This document shows positions 20,301 to 28,521 of a stretch of 64,000 nucleotides of DNA, one piece after another. How positions within the stretch are numbered: position 1 is the first letter of the stretch; every line of letters begins with the position of its first letter. A program made the position numbers and the translations under genes. The notes below the pieces were generated by a model. That model was not told the DNA's origin, ran no database searches, and worked only from the letters and a program-made list of their open reading frames with translations. This DNA comes from Rhodospirillaceae bacterium MC! (GTDB lineage Bacteria > Pseudomonadota > Alphaproteobacteria > MC1): contig NQOV01000011.1 in assembly GCA_002632265.1 (NCBI GenBank), positions 38,566 to 102,565 of the forward strand, in the 5' to 3' direction.

Positions 20301-22998
20301 GGATTTCTTCGTCTGATGTTAGGTCATCATCGAGAGACATTTCTGGGGCGTCTTCTAGAGCTGGCATTTCATCCATAGGGATTTCTTCGTCTGATGTTAG
20401 GTCATCATCGAGAGACATTTCTGGGGCGTCTTCTAGGGGTGGCATTTCATCCATAGGGATTTCTTCGGATAATGTTAGGTCATCGTCGAGAGCGATTTCT
20501 GATTCGTCTTCTAGAGCTGGCATTTCGTCCATAGGGATTTCTTCGGCTGGTGTTGGGTCATCGTCGAGAGCGATTTCTGATTCGTCTTCTAGAGCTGGCA
20601 TTTCATCCATTGGGATTTCGTCGGCTGGGGTTAGGTCATCGTCGAGAGACATTTCTGGGGCGTCTTCTAGGGGTGGCATTTCATCCATTGGGATTTCGTC
20701 GGCTGATGTTAGGTCGTCATCGAGAGACATTTCTGGGGCGTCTTCTAGAGCTGGCATTTCATCCATAGGGGTTTCGTCGGCTGATGTTGGGTCATCATCA
20801 AGAGCGATTTCTTGATCATCTTCTAGAGCTGGCGATTCGTCCATAGGGATTTCGTCGGTTGGTGTTGGGTCATCATCGAGAGACATTTCTGAAGCGTCTT
20901 CTAGAGCTGGCATTTCGTCCATAGAGATTTCTTCGGCTGATGTTAGGTCGTCATCGAGAACCATTTCTGATTCGTCTTCTAGAGCTGGCATTTCATCCAT
21001 TGGGATTTCGTCGGCTGGTGTTAGGTCATCGTCGAGAGACATTTCTTGGTCATCTTCTAGGATTGGAGATTCATCCATTGGGATTTCGTCGGGTGGGGTT
21101 AGGTTTTCGATGTCGGTTGCTAGTTCGTCTGCGGTTGGGGGTGTTGAGTCTAGGATTTGGTTTTGTAGGGCTTGGATTGTGTCGTCGCTTGCGAATGGGG
21201 TTAAGCTTTCGATTTCGTTGGCTTGGGCGTCGTCGCTTAATGGGATCGAATCTTCTAGAATTTTATTTTGTAAGGCTTGGATTGTGTCATCGCTTACGAA
21301 TGGAGTTAGGTTCTCTATTTCGTTGGCTTGTTCGTATTCGCTTAATAGAGCTGAATCTTCTAGGATTTGGTTTTGTAAAGATTGGATTGTGTCATCGCTT
21401 ACGAATGGGGTTAAGCTTTCGATTTCGTTGGCTTGGGCGTCGTCGCTTAATGGGATAGAATCTTCTAGAATTTTATTTTGTAGGGCTTGGATTGTGTCAT
21501 CGCTTACGAATGGGGTTAGGTTTTCGATTTCATTGGCTTGTTCGTATTCGCTTAATGGAGCTGAATCTTCTAGGATTTGGTTTTGTAAAGATTGGATTAC
21601 ATCATCGCTTACGAATGGGGTTAGGTTTTCGATTTCATTGGCTTGTTCGTATTCGCTTAATGGAGCTGAATCTTCTAGAATTTGGTTTTGTAAAGATTGG
21701 ATTACATCGTCGCTTACGAATGGAGTTAGGTTTTCGATTTCGTTGGCTTGTTCGTATTCGCTTAATGGAGCTGAATCTTCTAGGATTTGGTTTTGTAAGG
21801 CTTGGATTGTGTCATCGCTTACGAATGGAGTTAGGTTCTCTATTTCGCTGGCTTGTTCGTATTCGCTTAATGGGGCTGAATCTTCTAGAATTTGGTTTTG
21901 TAAAGATTGGATTACATCATCGCTTACGAATGGAGTTAGGTTCTCTATTTCGCTGGCTTGTTCGTATTCACTTAATGGGGCTGAATCTTCTAGGATTTGG
22001 TTTTGTAAGGCTTGGATTGTGTCATCGCTTACGAATGGAGTTAGGTTTTCGATTTCGTTGGCTTGTTCGTATTCGCTTAATGGGGCTGAATCTTCTAGGA
22101 TTTGGTTTTGTAAAGATTGGATTACATCATCGCTTACGAATGGAGTTAGGTTCTCTATTTCGCTGGCTTGTTCGTATTCGCTTAATGGGGCTGAATCTTC
22201 TAGGATTTGGTTTTGTAAAGATTGGATTACATCATCGCTTACGAATGGAGTTAGGTTCTCTATTTCGTTGGCTTGTTCGTATTCGCTTAATGGAGTGTCG
22301 CCTTGGGTTGGGGTGGTGGAGTATACTATGTTTTTGAATTTATCTGCAAGGTTGTTTTCGGCGGTGGTTTTTTGTTGGGCGTGTTGTTTTACCGCCTGAT
22401 CTAAAAGGTGCATGTGTTTATCGGCAAGAGTGCTTTCTTTACCTGTGTGGGCGATATCGTGAACATTGGTTTCAAGATAAGCTTTGATTTTTGATATTAT
22501 GGTATCTATTTTTTTATCGGAAATTGGTTTTTCTTCGTAAACTATTTCTACTGGCGGTTTAGCTGGTTGGGGCTGTGGAGCAGGTGCAGGATCTGCAGAT
22601 TGTGCAGATTGTTTTAATTCTTCGGCTTGTAATTTACGTGCTTGTAGTTCGGCTTTTACCAGGGCTATTTCCGCTTGATAACGTCTATCACGGACGATAC
22701 CGTCGTGAACTTTTTGTGATAAGGCTGGGTTGCTATCGATAATATGGGTAACTTCTTCTATGGTTTCCTTATGAAGTAATTTTTTTTCTTCTTCTTCGAT
22801 TTTGCCTGCTAGGGGTTTGTAGGCGTCGTAATAATTGTTGATGTTAACATCAGAGGCCTCCAAAGCCTCTTCTAGGACTGGAGTATCTACGTTAAGATCG
22901 TAAAAATGGACTCCTGCTTCAATATTTTCAGGAGCTTTTTCTTTAGGTTCTACTTCTAAATCATAGAAATCATCAATATTTACTTTTTTATCAGTCAT
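17395..22998 (-). CDS. hemH: giant acidic tandem-repeat protein fused in frame to ferrochelatase
   Basis: 1867-aa uninterrupted ORF. The C-terminal ~340 aa is ferrochelatase-like (KKIAIVVGGFGSPKG...VKAFL, SAHSLP). An internal ATG at 18417-18415 preceded by GAGGAAGAA could yield free HemH. Confidence 0.75.
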   Translation of the reverse strand: MTDKKVNIDDFYDLEVEPKEKAPENIEAGVHFYDLNVDTPVLEEALEASDVNINNYYDAYKPLAGKIEEEEKKLLHKETIEEVTHIIDSNPALSQKVHDGIVRDRRYQAEIALVKAELQARKLQAEELKQSAQSADPAPAPQPQPAKPPVEIVYEEKPISDKKIDTIISKIKAYLETNVHDIAHTGKESTLADKHMHLLDQAVKQHAQQKTTAENNLADKFKNIVYSTTPTQGDTPLSEYEQANEIENLTPFVSDDVIQSLQNQILEDSAPLSEYEQASEIENLTPFVSDDVIQSLQNQILEDSAPLSEYEQANEIENLTPFVSDDTIQALQNQILEDSAPLSEYEQASEIENLTPFVSDDVIQSLQNQILEDSAPLSEYEQASEIENLTPFVSDDTIQALQNQILEDSAPLSEYEQANEIENLTPFVSDDVIQSLQNQILEDSAPLSEYEQANEIENLTPFVSDDVIQSLQNQILEDSAPLSEYEQANEIENLTPFVSDDTIQALQNKILEDSIPLSDDAQANEIESLTPFVSDDTIQSLQNQILEDSALLSEYEQANEIENLTPFVSDDTIQALQNKILEDSIPLSDDAQANEIESLTPFASDDTIQALQNQILDSTPPTADELATDIENLTPPDEIPMDESPILEDDQEMSLDDDLTPADEIPMDEMPALEDESEMVLDDDLTSAEEISMDEMPALEDASEMSLDDDPTPTDEIPMDESPALEDDQEIALDDDPTSADETPMDEMPALEDAPEMSLDDDLTSADEIPMDEMPPLEDAPEMSLDDDLTPADEIPMDEMPALEDESEIALDDDPTPAEEIPMDEMPALEDESEIALDDDLTLSEEIPMDEMPPLEDAPEMSLDDDLTSDEEIPMDEMPALEDAPEMSLDDDLTSDEEIPMDEMPALEDTPEIALADDLTPTDEIPMDEMPALEDAPEMSLDDDLTPADEIPMDEMPALEDESEMALDDDLTPADEIPMEEMPALEDESEIALDEDLTPADEIPMDEMPILEDDPEIALDDDLTPADEIPMDESPILEDDPEIALDDDLTSADEIPMEEMPALEDAPEMSLDDDLTSSDEIPMDESPILEDDQEIALDDDITSDDETSTVSENIIQKLQERIEKHNAPITEEALEFQKSVSSNTMKLYLPEDPPFSEDESEIALADDLTSSDETPMDESPALEDESEIALADDLTPADETPMDEMPEIEEESEMVLNKSVASDDMIMEEVPTLEDAPEIALADDPTPADEIPMDESPILEDAPEIALTDDIAPADETPMDESPALEDESEIALADDLTPADEIPMDEMPALEDAPEMALADDPTPADEIPVDESPILEDAPEIALTDDIAPADEIPMDEMPPLEDTPEMALADDPTSSEEIPMEEMPALEDDPEIALADDPTPADEIPMDEMPPLEDAPEMALADDDPTSADEIPTEQPPAPEEPEEKPFEVVAMEEIESLLNNGDDSLSKKDNQESSEPESSEIQSTDPQPSEIEEPSQGGEVYQQASINPSLWSGFMKAKYNEEEMKKHVSIDQESKKIAIVVGGFGSPKGMDDVKAFLLEMFADSAVTGLNKLGRMFVSKIATTGKRLEKSQAIYEQVDGHSPHIEQTLEQATNIHDALINKHEDCEFKVVTAMRYLTPSIAEAIEELAEFEPDHVIVFPLYPHYSTTTTGSFVDEFNRQITDSSIKDVKIDCIESFYTNREFVNFYADEVIHNINKCLEEKSTYPVVLFSAHSLPIKLVEKRHDPYEKEVIGSTKAIMNKVLSLHPEFNDKINYKNCYQSAVGKHWLAPATKDVIKTLCEDKTPVIVVPISFVSDNIENLVELGMQYKNLANEYDSDNFYLVKTPKSDKKFIEGLSDEISKHL
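18690..21095 (-). repeat. 78-bp (26-aa) coding tandem repeat, roughly 29 units, one unique interruption near 19515-19700
   Basis: Period measured directly (GGCATTTC.TCCATAGGG at 18761 and 18839). The unit encodes DDDLTPADEIPMDEMPALEDAPEMSL. Confidence 0.9.
21150..22293 (-). repeat. 102-bp (34-aa) coding tandem repeat, about 11 units
   Basis: The unit encodes PLSEYEQANEIENLTPFVSDDVIQSLQNQILEDSA. Two alternating variants (VIQSL and TIQAL) are visible. Confidence 0.9.
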
Positions 22999-23026
22999 AT
23001 AGCCAACTATCTTTTTACACCTTTAA

Positions 23027-23572
23027 CTATTTTTTAAAGCCAAAGATACCTTTTATGCCACTAAAGAACCCAAAGCCTTTTTTTGCTTTGTGTTCTAAAG
23101 CTTCATTCACATCGGCAGTAAATATATTAGTGTTAAAAAGATCAACACCAACGTTATCCACCACCGTTTCAACAGGATTATTTTTCATTGTATCATTAAT
23201 TGACGCATTTTCCAACAAGTTTTTATAACGAACTATTTTTTCTTTAGCGTCCTTACTTAAATGTGATAGATCTACAGACGGTTTTTCATCGGCTATTCCA
23301 TACATTGGCACAGAAATACTCTGCGAATTTTCTAGGGGTAGAATGGGGTTGTTAATGTTTTCGTCGTCAGATAACTCTTCAGTATATTTAATTTGTTTTA
23401 CTCCTAAAACTTTCTTAAATCTAAAGCCGATTTTTTCTCTCACATGAGTGTTTGATCTAATGTTGCGTTTTTGCGAGTAGAAATCAATTTTTTCTTTACG
23501 GGTGTTTTCTTTTTCGTAATTTACGATAATTTCATCGTTGTAAAAATCATCTATTAGGCTTGCTTTTGTCAT
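23027..23572 (-). CDS. hypothetical protein
   Basis: 181-aa ORF immediately upstream of the giant ORF. It shares the N-terminal IDDFY...FY module with it. Confidence 0.55.
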   Translation of the reverse strand: MTKASLIDDFYNDEIIVNYEKENTRKEKIDFYSQKRNIRSNTHVREKIGFRFKKVLGVKQIKYTEELSDDENINNPILPLENSQSISVPMYGIADEKPSVDLSHLSKDAKEKIVRYKNLLENASINDTMKNNPVETVVDNVGVDLFNTNIFTADVNEALEHKAKKGFGFFSGIKGIFGFKK

Positions 23573-23662
23573 TTTATGTTACTTTCTTCCATATAAAATT
23601 GTAAGTGTTAAGATTGTTGGTTGTGGAGTGTGATGTGGCGTGAAATACGTGATATGTGATAA

Positions 23663-24445
23663 CTAAAATTTCTTTTTAGCCCAATCGATAGGACCATCGG
23701 CACAACCTTGGTAAAACTGTTGGATGTAGGGATTATCTGTGTTTTCGACATCTTGAGAAGTGCCTTGCCATATGATTCTCCCATCCCACAACATGGCGAC
23801 TCTATCGGCGATCTTTAGGGCGGAATTCATATCATGGGTGATCGTTATTGCAGATGAGCCTAAGTCTTTTGTAACCGAGATGATCAAGTCATTAATCACA
23901 TTTGCCATGATAGGATCAAGGCCGGTTGTGGGTTCGTCAAACAAGATCACTTCTGGGTTGGTGGCAATGGCTCGAGCAAGGCCTGCTCTTTTTTGCATAC
24001 CACCCGATAATTCTGACGGATAACTATTGGCTACCAAAGGATCAAGCCCAACTTTTTCCAAGCATTCTATGGCTAATTTCTTAGCGGTAGATTGGGTTAC
24101 TTGCTTTTTGGCTAACGCTCCAAAGGAAATATTCTCCCAAATGGATAAACTATCAAATAAAGCTCCGCCTTGGAAAAGCATGCCTATTTTTGAGTTGACA
24201 TCTTCTCGTTTGCGTAAGGATAAATGATCAATACGTTGACCGTCATATAAAATTTCGCCACTGGTGGGTTTTAGTAAACCTAAGATACATTTTAATGTTA
24301 CTGATTTCCCTGTACCTGATCCGCCAATGATAACTAGAGATTCTCCCTTGTTTACCTTAAGATCAATTCCTTGGAGAATCTTCTTTGAGCCGAAGTGTTT
24401 TTTTACGTCTCGTAATTCTATTAGTGGGTTTGTGTTATCTAACAT
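23663..24445 (-). CDS. mlaF: phospholipid ABC transporter ATP-binding protein
   Basis: 260-aa ORF with Walker A GGSGTGKS, signature LSGGMQKR and Walker B ILFDEP; downstream of mlaE. Confidence 0.85.
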   Translation of the reverse strand: MLDNTNPLIELRDVKKHFGSKKILQGIDLKVNKGESLVIIGGSGTGKSVTLKCILGLLKPTSGEILYDGQRIDHLSLRKREDVNSKIGMLFQGGALFDSLSIWENISFGALAKKQVTQSTAKKLAIECLEKVGLDPLVANSYPSELSGGMQKRAGLARAIATNPEVILFDEPTTGLDPIMANVINDLIISVTKDLGSSAITITHDMNSALKIADRVAMLWDGRIIWQGTSQDVENTDNPYIQQFYQGCADGPIDWAKKKF

Positions 24446-24467
24446 GTTGTGTTACTTCCTTTCATTT

Positions 24468-25280
24468 TTATACCATAAAGCCAGTAACTATATAGTTACA
24501 AAATAATATGGAAATGGAAGAGGCTACAACGGCGTTAGTTGTGGCCTTACCTACACCTTTCGCTCCACCGCTGGAAGATAAACCATGATAACAACTAAGA
24601 ACAGTAATGATAAAACCAAAACATAATCCCTTTACTATACCAATGGAAAGATCAAGCATAACTAAATTGGAAAGGGTGGCTTGTAAGTATAAACCGATGT
24701 TCATATGTAATCTGTAAATTGATACTAAATATCCCCCAAGAACGCCGATGATATCGCCAATGATGATCAAAAGCGGTAGGGCGATAGTTCCTGCTATCAC
24801 ACGTGGGCGGATTAGATACTTCATGGGATTAGTAGAAAGAGTAACTAAAGCGTCAACCTGTTCGGTAACTTTCATTGTTCCTAACTCGGCGGCCATGGAT
24901 GCTCCGACACGTCCTGCAACCATTAAGCCCGCAAGTACAGGCGATAGCTCTCTAAGTATACCAATGGATACTATGGGAGCTACTAAGCTTTCTGAAGACA
25001 TACTGCCCATGCCTGATCGTATTTGTAAGGCTAACACCATTCCCGCAAATACAGTAGTTAGGGCTACTACAGGGAGAGAGAAATAACCTATTTCCATAAA
25101 TTGTGATACTATTTGACGTGGATAATAAGGTGGTATCACTATGCTTAATAATAAATTGGTTAAAAATACCGCAAACTTACCCATACTTTCTAAAAAGCTG
25201 ATAACAACTTTGCCTATGGTCGCTACAACCACTAGGAAGACGTAAAAAATATTTTTTCTTTGTTTGCTCATTGCTGACAT
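24468..25280 (-). CDS. mlaE: phospholipid ABC transporter permease
   Basis: 270-aa ORF with the MlaE-type block ELSPVLAGLMVAGRVGASMAAELGTMKVTEQVDAL. Confidence 0.85.
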   Translation of the reverse strand: MSAMSKQRKNIFYVFLVVVATIGKVVISFLESMGKFAVFLTNLLLSIVIPPYYPRQIVSQFMEIGYFSLPVVALTTVFAGMVLALQIRSGMGSMSSESLVAPIVSIGILRELSPVLAGLMVAGRVGASMAAELGTMKVTEQVDALVTLSTNPMKYLIRPRVIAGTIALPLLIIIGDIIGVLGGYLVSIYRLHMNIGLYLQATLSNLVMLDLSIGIVKGLCFGFIITVLSCYHGLSSSGGAKGVGKATTNAVVASSISILFCNYIVTGFMV

Positions 25281-25377
25281 ATGTATTTAACCTTTATTCT
25301 TTATCTGCGTTGGTATGAATTAACTTGCTTGTGAGAGTTCTCTTCTCACTTGTGAGCGTTCTCACTTATATACTTTC

Positions 25378-26094
25378 TCACTTATATACTATGATTGTAA
25401 AATCGTTTTGTAAATAACTGTGGTTGAGAATCACCTTGTATCCGTAATTTTGTTGGCACATGCTGAAGATCTTTGAAGGATCGGCATAATAAAATCTTTC
25501 GTCGTATGTTCGAGATTTGTTAGATAAGAAATTTATCGCAAATCCTAAACGTCCCCATGTGTGAAAATCCTTTAAGGTGTTTTCAATGTAACGTTCCCAA
25601 GATTTATTGTCATTTTCGCCCTTAAAGCCAAATAAACCCGATGCAATGATGTAATCTGCATAGCTTTCTATTTTGCCCTTATTCTCAAAGGAAATATTTT
25701 TCTCGTTTTGAAAAATATGTTGTGCCTTTGATATGGCTAGCGAGTTGATATCAAGGCCCGTATATGATTGTAAATTCGTCCCTAACTTTTCCTTTAGTGT
25801 GTGAACAATATGACCATAAGCACAACCCATTTCCATTACAGATACCTTATTATCTATGTTGGAAAGATTAGAAAAAATATCAAGTAGTGCGTTGTAACGT
25901 AATTCTTGAGTTCTCGGATCTCGCCAGCCAACCCCTTGAGCTGTCGAGCCTTTTTTTTTGAATTCTTCCGTAAACCACTCTGTAATATGATCTAAATCTA
26001 CAGGGGGATTATCATCTTCAGATAAAATCTTACTTAAGATATTCTTCTTTTCTAAAAAGTTTAAATTAAATTTATTCAATGTGGCTTCTTCCAA
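25378..26094 (-). CDS. class I SAM-dependent methyltransferase
   Basis: 238-aa ORF with motif I-like VMEMGCAYG; substrate unknown. Confidence 0.6.
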   Translation of the reverse strand: MEEATLNKFNLNFLEKKNILSKILSEDDNPPVDLDHITEWFTEEFKKKGSTAQGVGWRDPRTQELRYNALLDIFSNLSNIDNKVSVMEMGCAYGHIVHTLKEKLGTNLQSYTGLDINSLAISKAQHIFQNEKNISFENKGKIESYADYIIASGLFGFKGENDNKSWERYIENTLKDFHTWGRLGFAINFLSNKSRTYDERFYYADPSKIFSMCQQNYGYKVILNHSYLQNDFTIIVYK

Positions 26095-26344
26095 TTAAAC
26101 TATACTCAATTCCTATGGTAATATTTTATTAATAAATATTAAAAACTAAGTATACCATTATATTATGTCATTTACAATAATATTAATTATTTTTTTATTA
26201 TTTGTGTGATAGGGGTTGATAGCAATAGTTAAATGAATTCCATAACAACCCAATTCCACACAAAATTCCCACCCTAAAGGATTCTTTTCACTCATAAAAT
26301 CCCTCCCCCTTTCTAAATAATAATTTAACCTCCCTTATATCCTA

Positions 26345-26640
26345 CCGTTATGGTTTTCCTTTGTGGTTGCCGTTATAAGTTTACCGTTGTAGATTTCCGT
26401 GATAGCTTTCCGTGATAGCTTTCCGTTATAGATTTCCGTGATAGCTTTCCGTTATAGATTTCCGTTGTAGCTTTCCTTTATAGTTTTCCGTTATAGATTT
26501 CCGTTGTAGTTTTACGTTGTAGATTTCCGTTGTAGTTTTACGTTGTAGATTTCCGTTATAGCTTTCCGTTATAGCTTTCCGTTATAAGTTTACTGTTATG
26601 GTTTTCCGTTGTGGTTTATCTTTATGGTTACTGTTCTATC
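26345..26640. repeat. 13-bp tandem repeat array (CCGTTATAGMTTT), about 23 units
   Basis: Unit starts counted at 13-nt spacing from 26397 to 26592, with 12/14-nt irregular units at both edges. Confidence 0.9.
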
Positions 26641-26740
26641 TTATCATCCTATTTTGTTATGCTGGCCTAAATATTAAGCCAGCACAACAAAAAAAACCTA
26701 AAAATAACCCCTTTATCACAAACCGCAAACCCTTAAAATT

Positions 26741-27062
26741 GAGAGAAATGTAGTGAGATGTGCTTATAAACGGTATGCCGTGTACTTAATACCTACACTA
26801 GTACCGCTTACAAGTGCAGATAGCCCACCTATCACAATCCTGTAGGATTGGGAGAAATGGGCTAAGGTGTGCCTTAACTTAGGGCGACGTGTACTCACGT
26901 CTACATAAGCCCTAAAGTAAGGTACAGATAACCCACCTATCACAATCCGCAAGCTTTAAGATTGGGAGAAATGGGATAAGGTGTGCCTTACCTTAGGGCG
27001 ACGTGTACTCACGTCTACATAAGCCCTAAGGTAAGGTGCAGATTAGCCCATTTATCCCAATC
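26741..27062. repeat. three tandem ~100-bp long imperfect palindromes
   Basis: Units at 26741-26839 (diverged), 26845-26947 and 26960-27062. Arms GATTGGGAGAAATGGG...CCTTAGGGC and GCCCTAAGG...CCCATTTATCCCAATC flank a GACGTGTACTCACGTC centre. The last base abuts the surA stop codon. Confidence 0.9.
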
Positions 27063-28370
27063 TTAATTGTAGGAAATTATTGCGGATGAATATAACTCAT
27101 TTAAGGTATCGGTTGAATTTTGGGTTAGTAGGGCGGTGAATACTTCTTTTTGCATGTTGTTTACGTCTGTGGTTTTGGAAACTGGGGGGATCATTTTTCC
27201 TCTTTTGCAGACCATTATTATCATTACGCCATCTGTTATGTTTACTGGTTGGGCTTGGGCTACTTTCATGTTTTGTAGTAGGTTTCTGTATTGGGGTGAT
27301 AGGCTTGCTATTGGAGTTTCTGGGGCGTATGCTGATTGTTTGCTATTAAGCTTTTTGGCGTAGGAGTCTAGATCGCTACAATTTAGGGAGAAGTTTGTAA
27401 CTTGGCTTGTTAGTTCTTGTATGGAAGATGCTCCTGATTTTGCTAGCTCTGGCGATTGCATTATTAGGCGATAAAATTGAATGGAATCTACTTTGGTTTT
27501 GCTGTTTGATACTGTTGGTTTGGTTGTATCTGTATTTCTTTTGAAGATTGCTATACTATTTTCCAATTGAATTGGTTGGGAAATGCCACCAACTTTTAAA
27601 TTCTTAACGTCTTGTTTGTAGGATTTTGCTAGGGAATCTAAATGAACTAAGCCTAGATTTCCTTCAAATGCTGATGTGGACGCTTGGGAAAATTTTAAGG
27701 CGTACGCTCCAAACTCTCCTTTATGTGATTGTAATTTTGAACGTAATGTTCTGGCGAAACTTAAGGTTGCTTGTTTATCCTTTTCCGATTTAAATTGAAG
27801 AACTATTTCGCTTAAATTATAGCGATCTTTTGATTTTGCTAGATCTAACATTTTTTGTTGCATTAGGGTCTTATTTTGCATTATATCGGCTTTAGTTTTT
27901 AAGGTCATTACCTTTTCCCATAGGAGTTTTGCGTAAGCTTTTTGTCGGAATGTTTTCATTTTTACATTGTGAGAATTTAAGAATGATCTTATGCCGTTTT
28001 TGTATCTTAACTTCTTTACTGTAGATACTAGAAAGTTATCTAAATCCTTTCTTGTGATTGTTATCCCTTTTGATTTCGCATATTGTATTTGTAGATTCTC
28101 TACTATTAATGTACGTGTGGTATTTTTTATTAACATACTTTGATTACTGGCAAAGCTGATACCTAACTCTCCTGCGGTGAGTTTTGCTCTGTCTAGAATG
28201 TCGGTATTGGTTATGGCTGTGCTATTCACATACACCGCAACTCCCACATGAGTCGATGCTGACGATCTGCCGACAATTAAAATATTTAACGACGCTCCCA
28301 AAAAAAGAGATAAAAATGTTGGGATAACTATCTTGTTTATTAATCTTAACTTTGTTTTACTGTGATTCAT
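27063..28370 (-). CDS. surA: SurA-like periplasmic chaperone / parvulin-type peptidylprolyl isomerase
   Basis: 435-aa ORF with a signal anchor and a parvulin-like block (GNLGLVHLDSL...GGISQPIQLENSIAIFK); located after lptFG. Confidence 0.6.
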   Translation of the reverse strand: MNHSKTKLRLINKIVIPTFLSLFLGASLNILIVGRSSASTHVGVAVYVNSTAITNTDILDRAKLTAGELGISFASNQSMLIKNTTRTLIVENLQIQYAKSKGITITRKDLDNFLVSTVKKLRYKNGIRSFLNSHNVKMKTFRQKAYAKLLWEKVMTLKTKADIMQNKTLMQQKMLDLAKSKDRYNLSEIVLQFKSEKDKQATLSFARTLRSKLQSHKGEFGAYALKFSQASTSAFEGNLGLVHLDSLAKSYKQDVKNLKVGGISQPIQLENSIAIFKRNTDTTKPTVSNSKTKVDSIQFYRLIMQSPELAKSGASSIQELTSQVTNFSLNCSDLDSYAKKLNSKQSAYAPETPIASLSPQYRNLLQNMKVAQAQPVNITDGVMIIMVCKRGKMIPPVSKTTDVNNMQKEVFTALLTQNSTDTLNELYSSAIISYN

Positions 28371-28521
28371 CTTGTTTACCTTACTTTGATATCTTATAAA
28401 TGGTTAATGTTGTTGTATATAATCTTGTTTTGTTAGCTTATGGTTTGTTAATTCGTAGTTTTGTAAAGGATAGTATCTAACCCTATTTAAAGTGCTACAT
28501 TAGCTCATTTTCACGCTCTTA

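Noticed and set aside
18391-22399. Long plus-strand ORFs (for example 18578-19654, 19658-20815, 21110-22399, 21492-22337) antisense to the giant gene.
   Set aside because: They are Ser/Gly/Arg- or Leu/Arg-rich translations of the reverse strand of tandem repeats. They stay open only because the repeat unit lacks stop codons in those frames. The sense frame ends in a bona fide ferrochelatase domain.
23027-23572. Whether the ORF after mlaEF is mlaD.
   Set aside because: It has no N-terminal transmembrane anchor and nothing resembling an MCE domain, so it is kept as hypothetical.
26345-26640. Possible CRISPR array. The 33-bp array at 36237-36368 was considered for the same reason.
   Set aside because: The units are directly abutting with no unique spacers. 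The repeat lengths (13 bp) and structure are wrong, and there are no cas genes in the window.
26764-26952. 62-aa ORF on the minus strand inside the long-palindrome elements.
   Set aside because: It lies entirely within repeated palindromic DNA and its sequence is internally duplicated. It is an artefact of the repeat.
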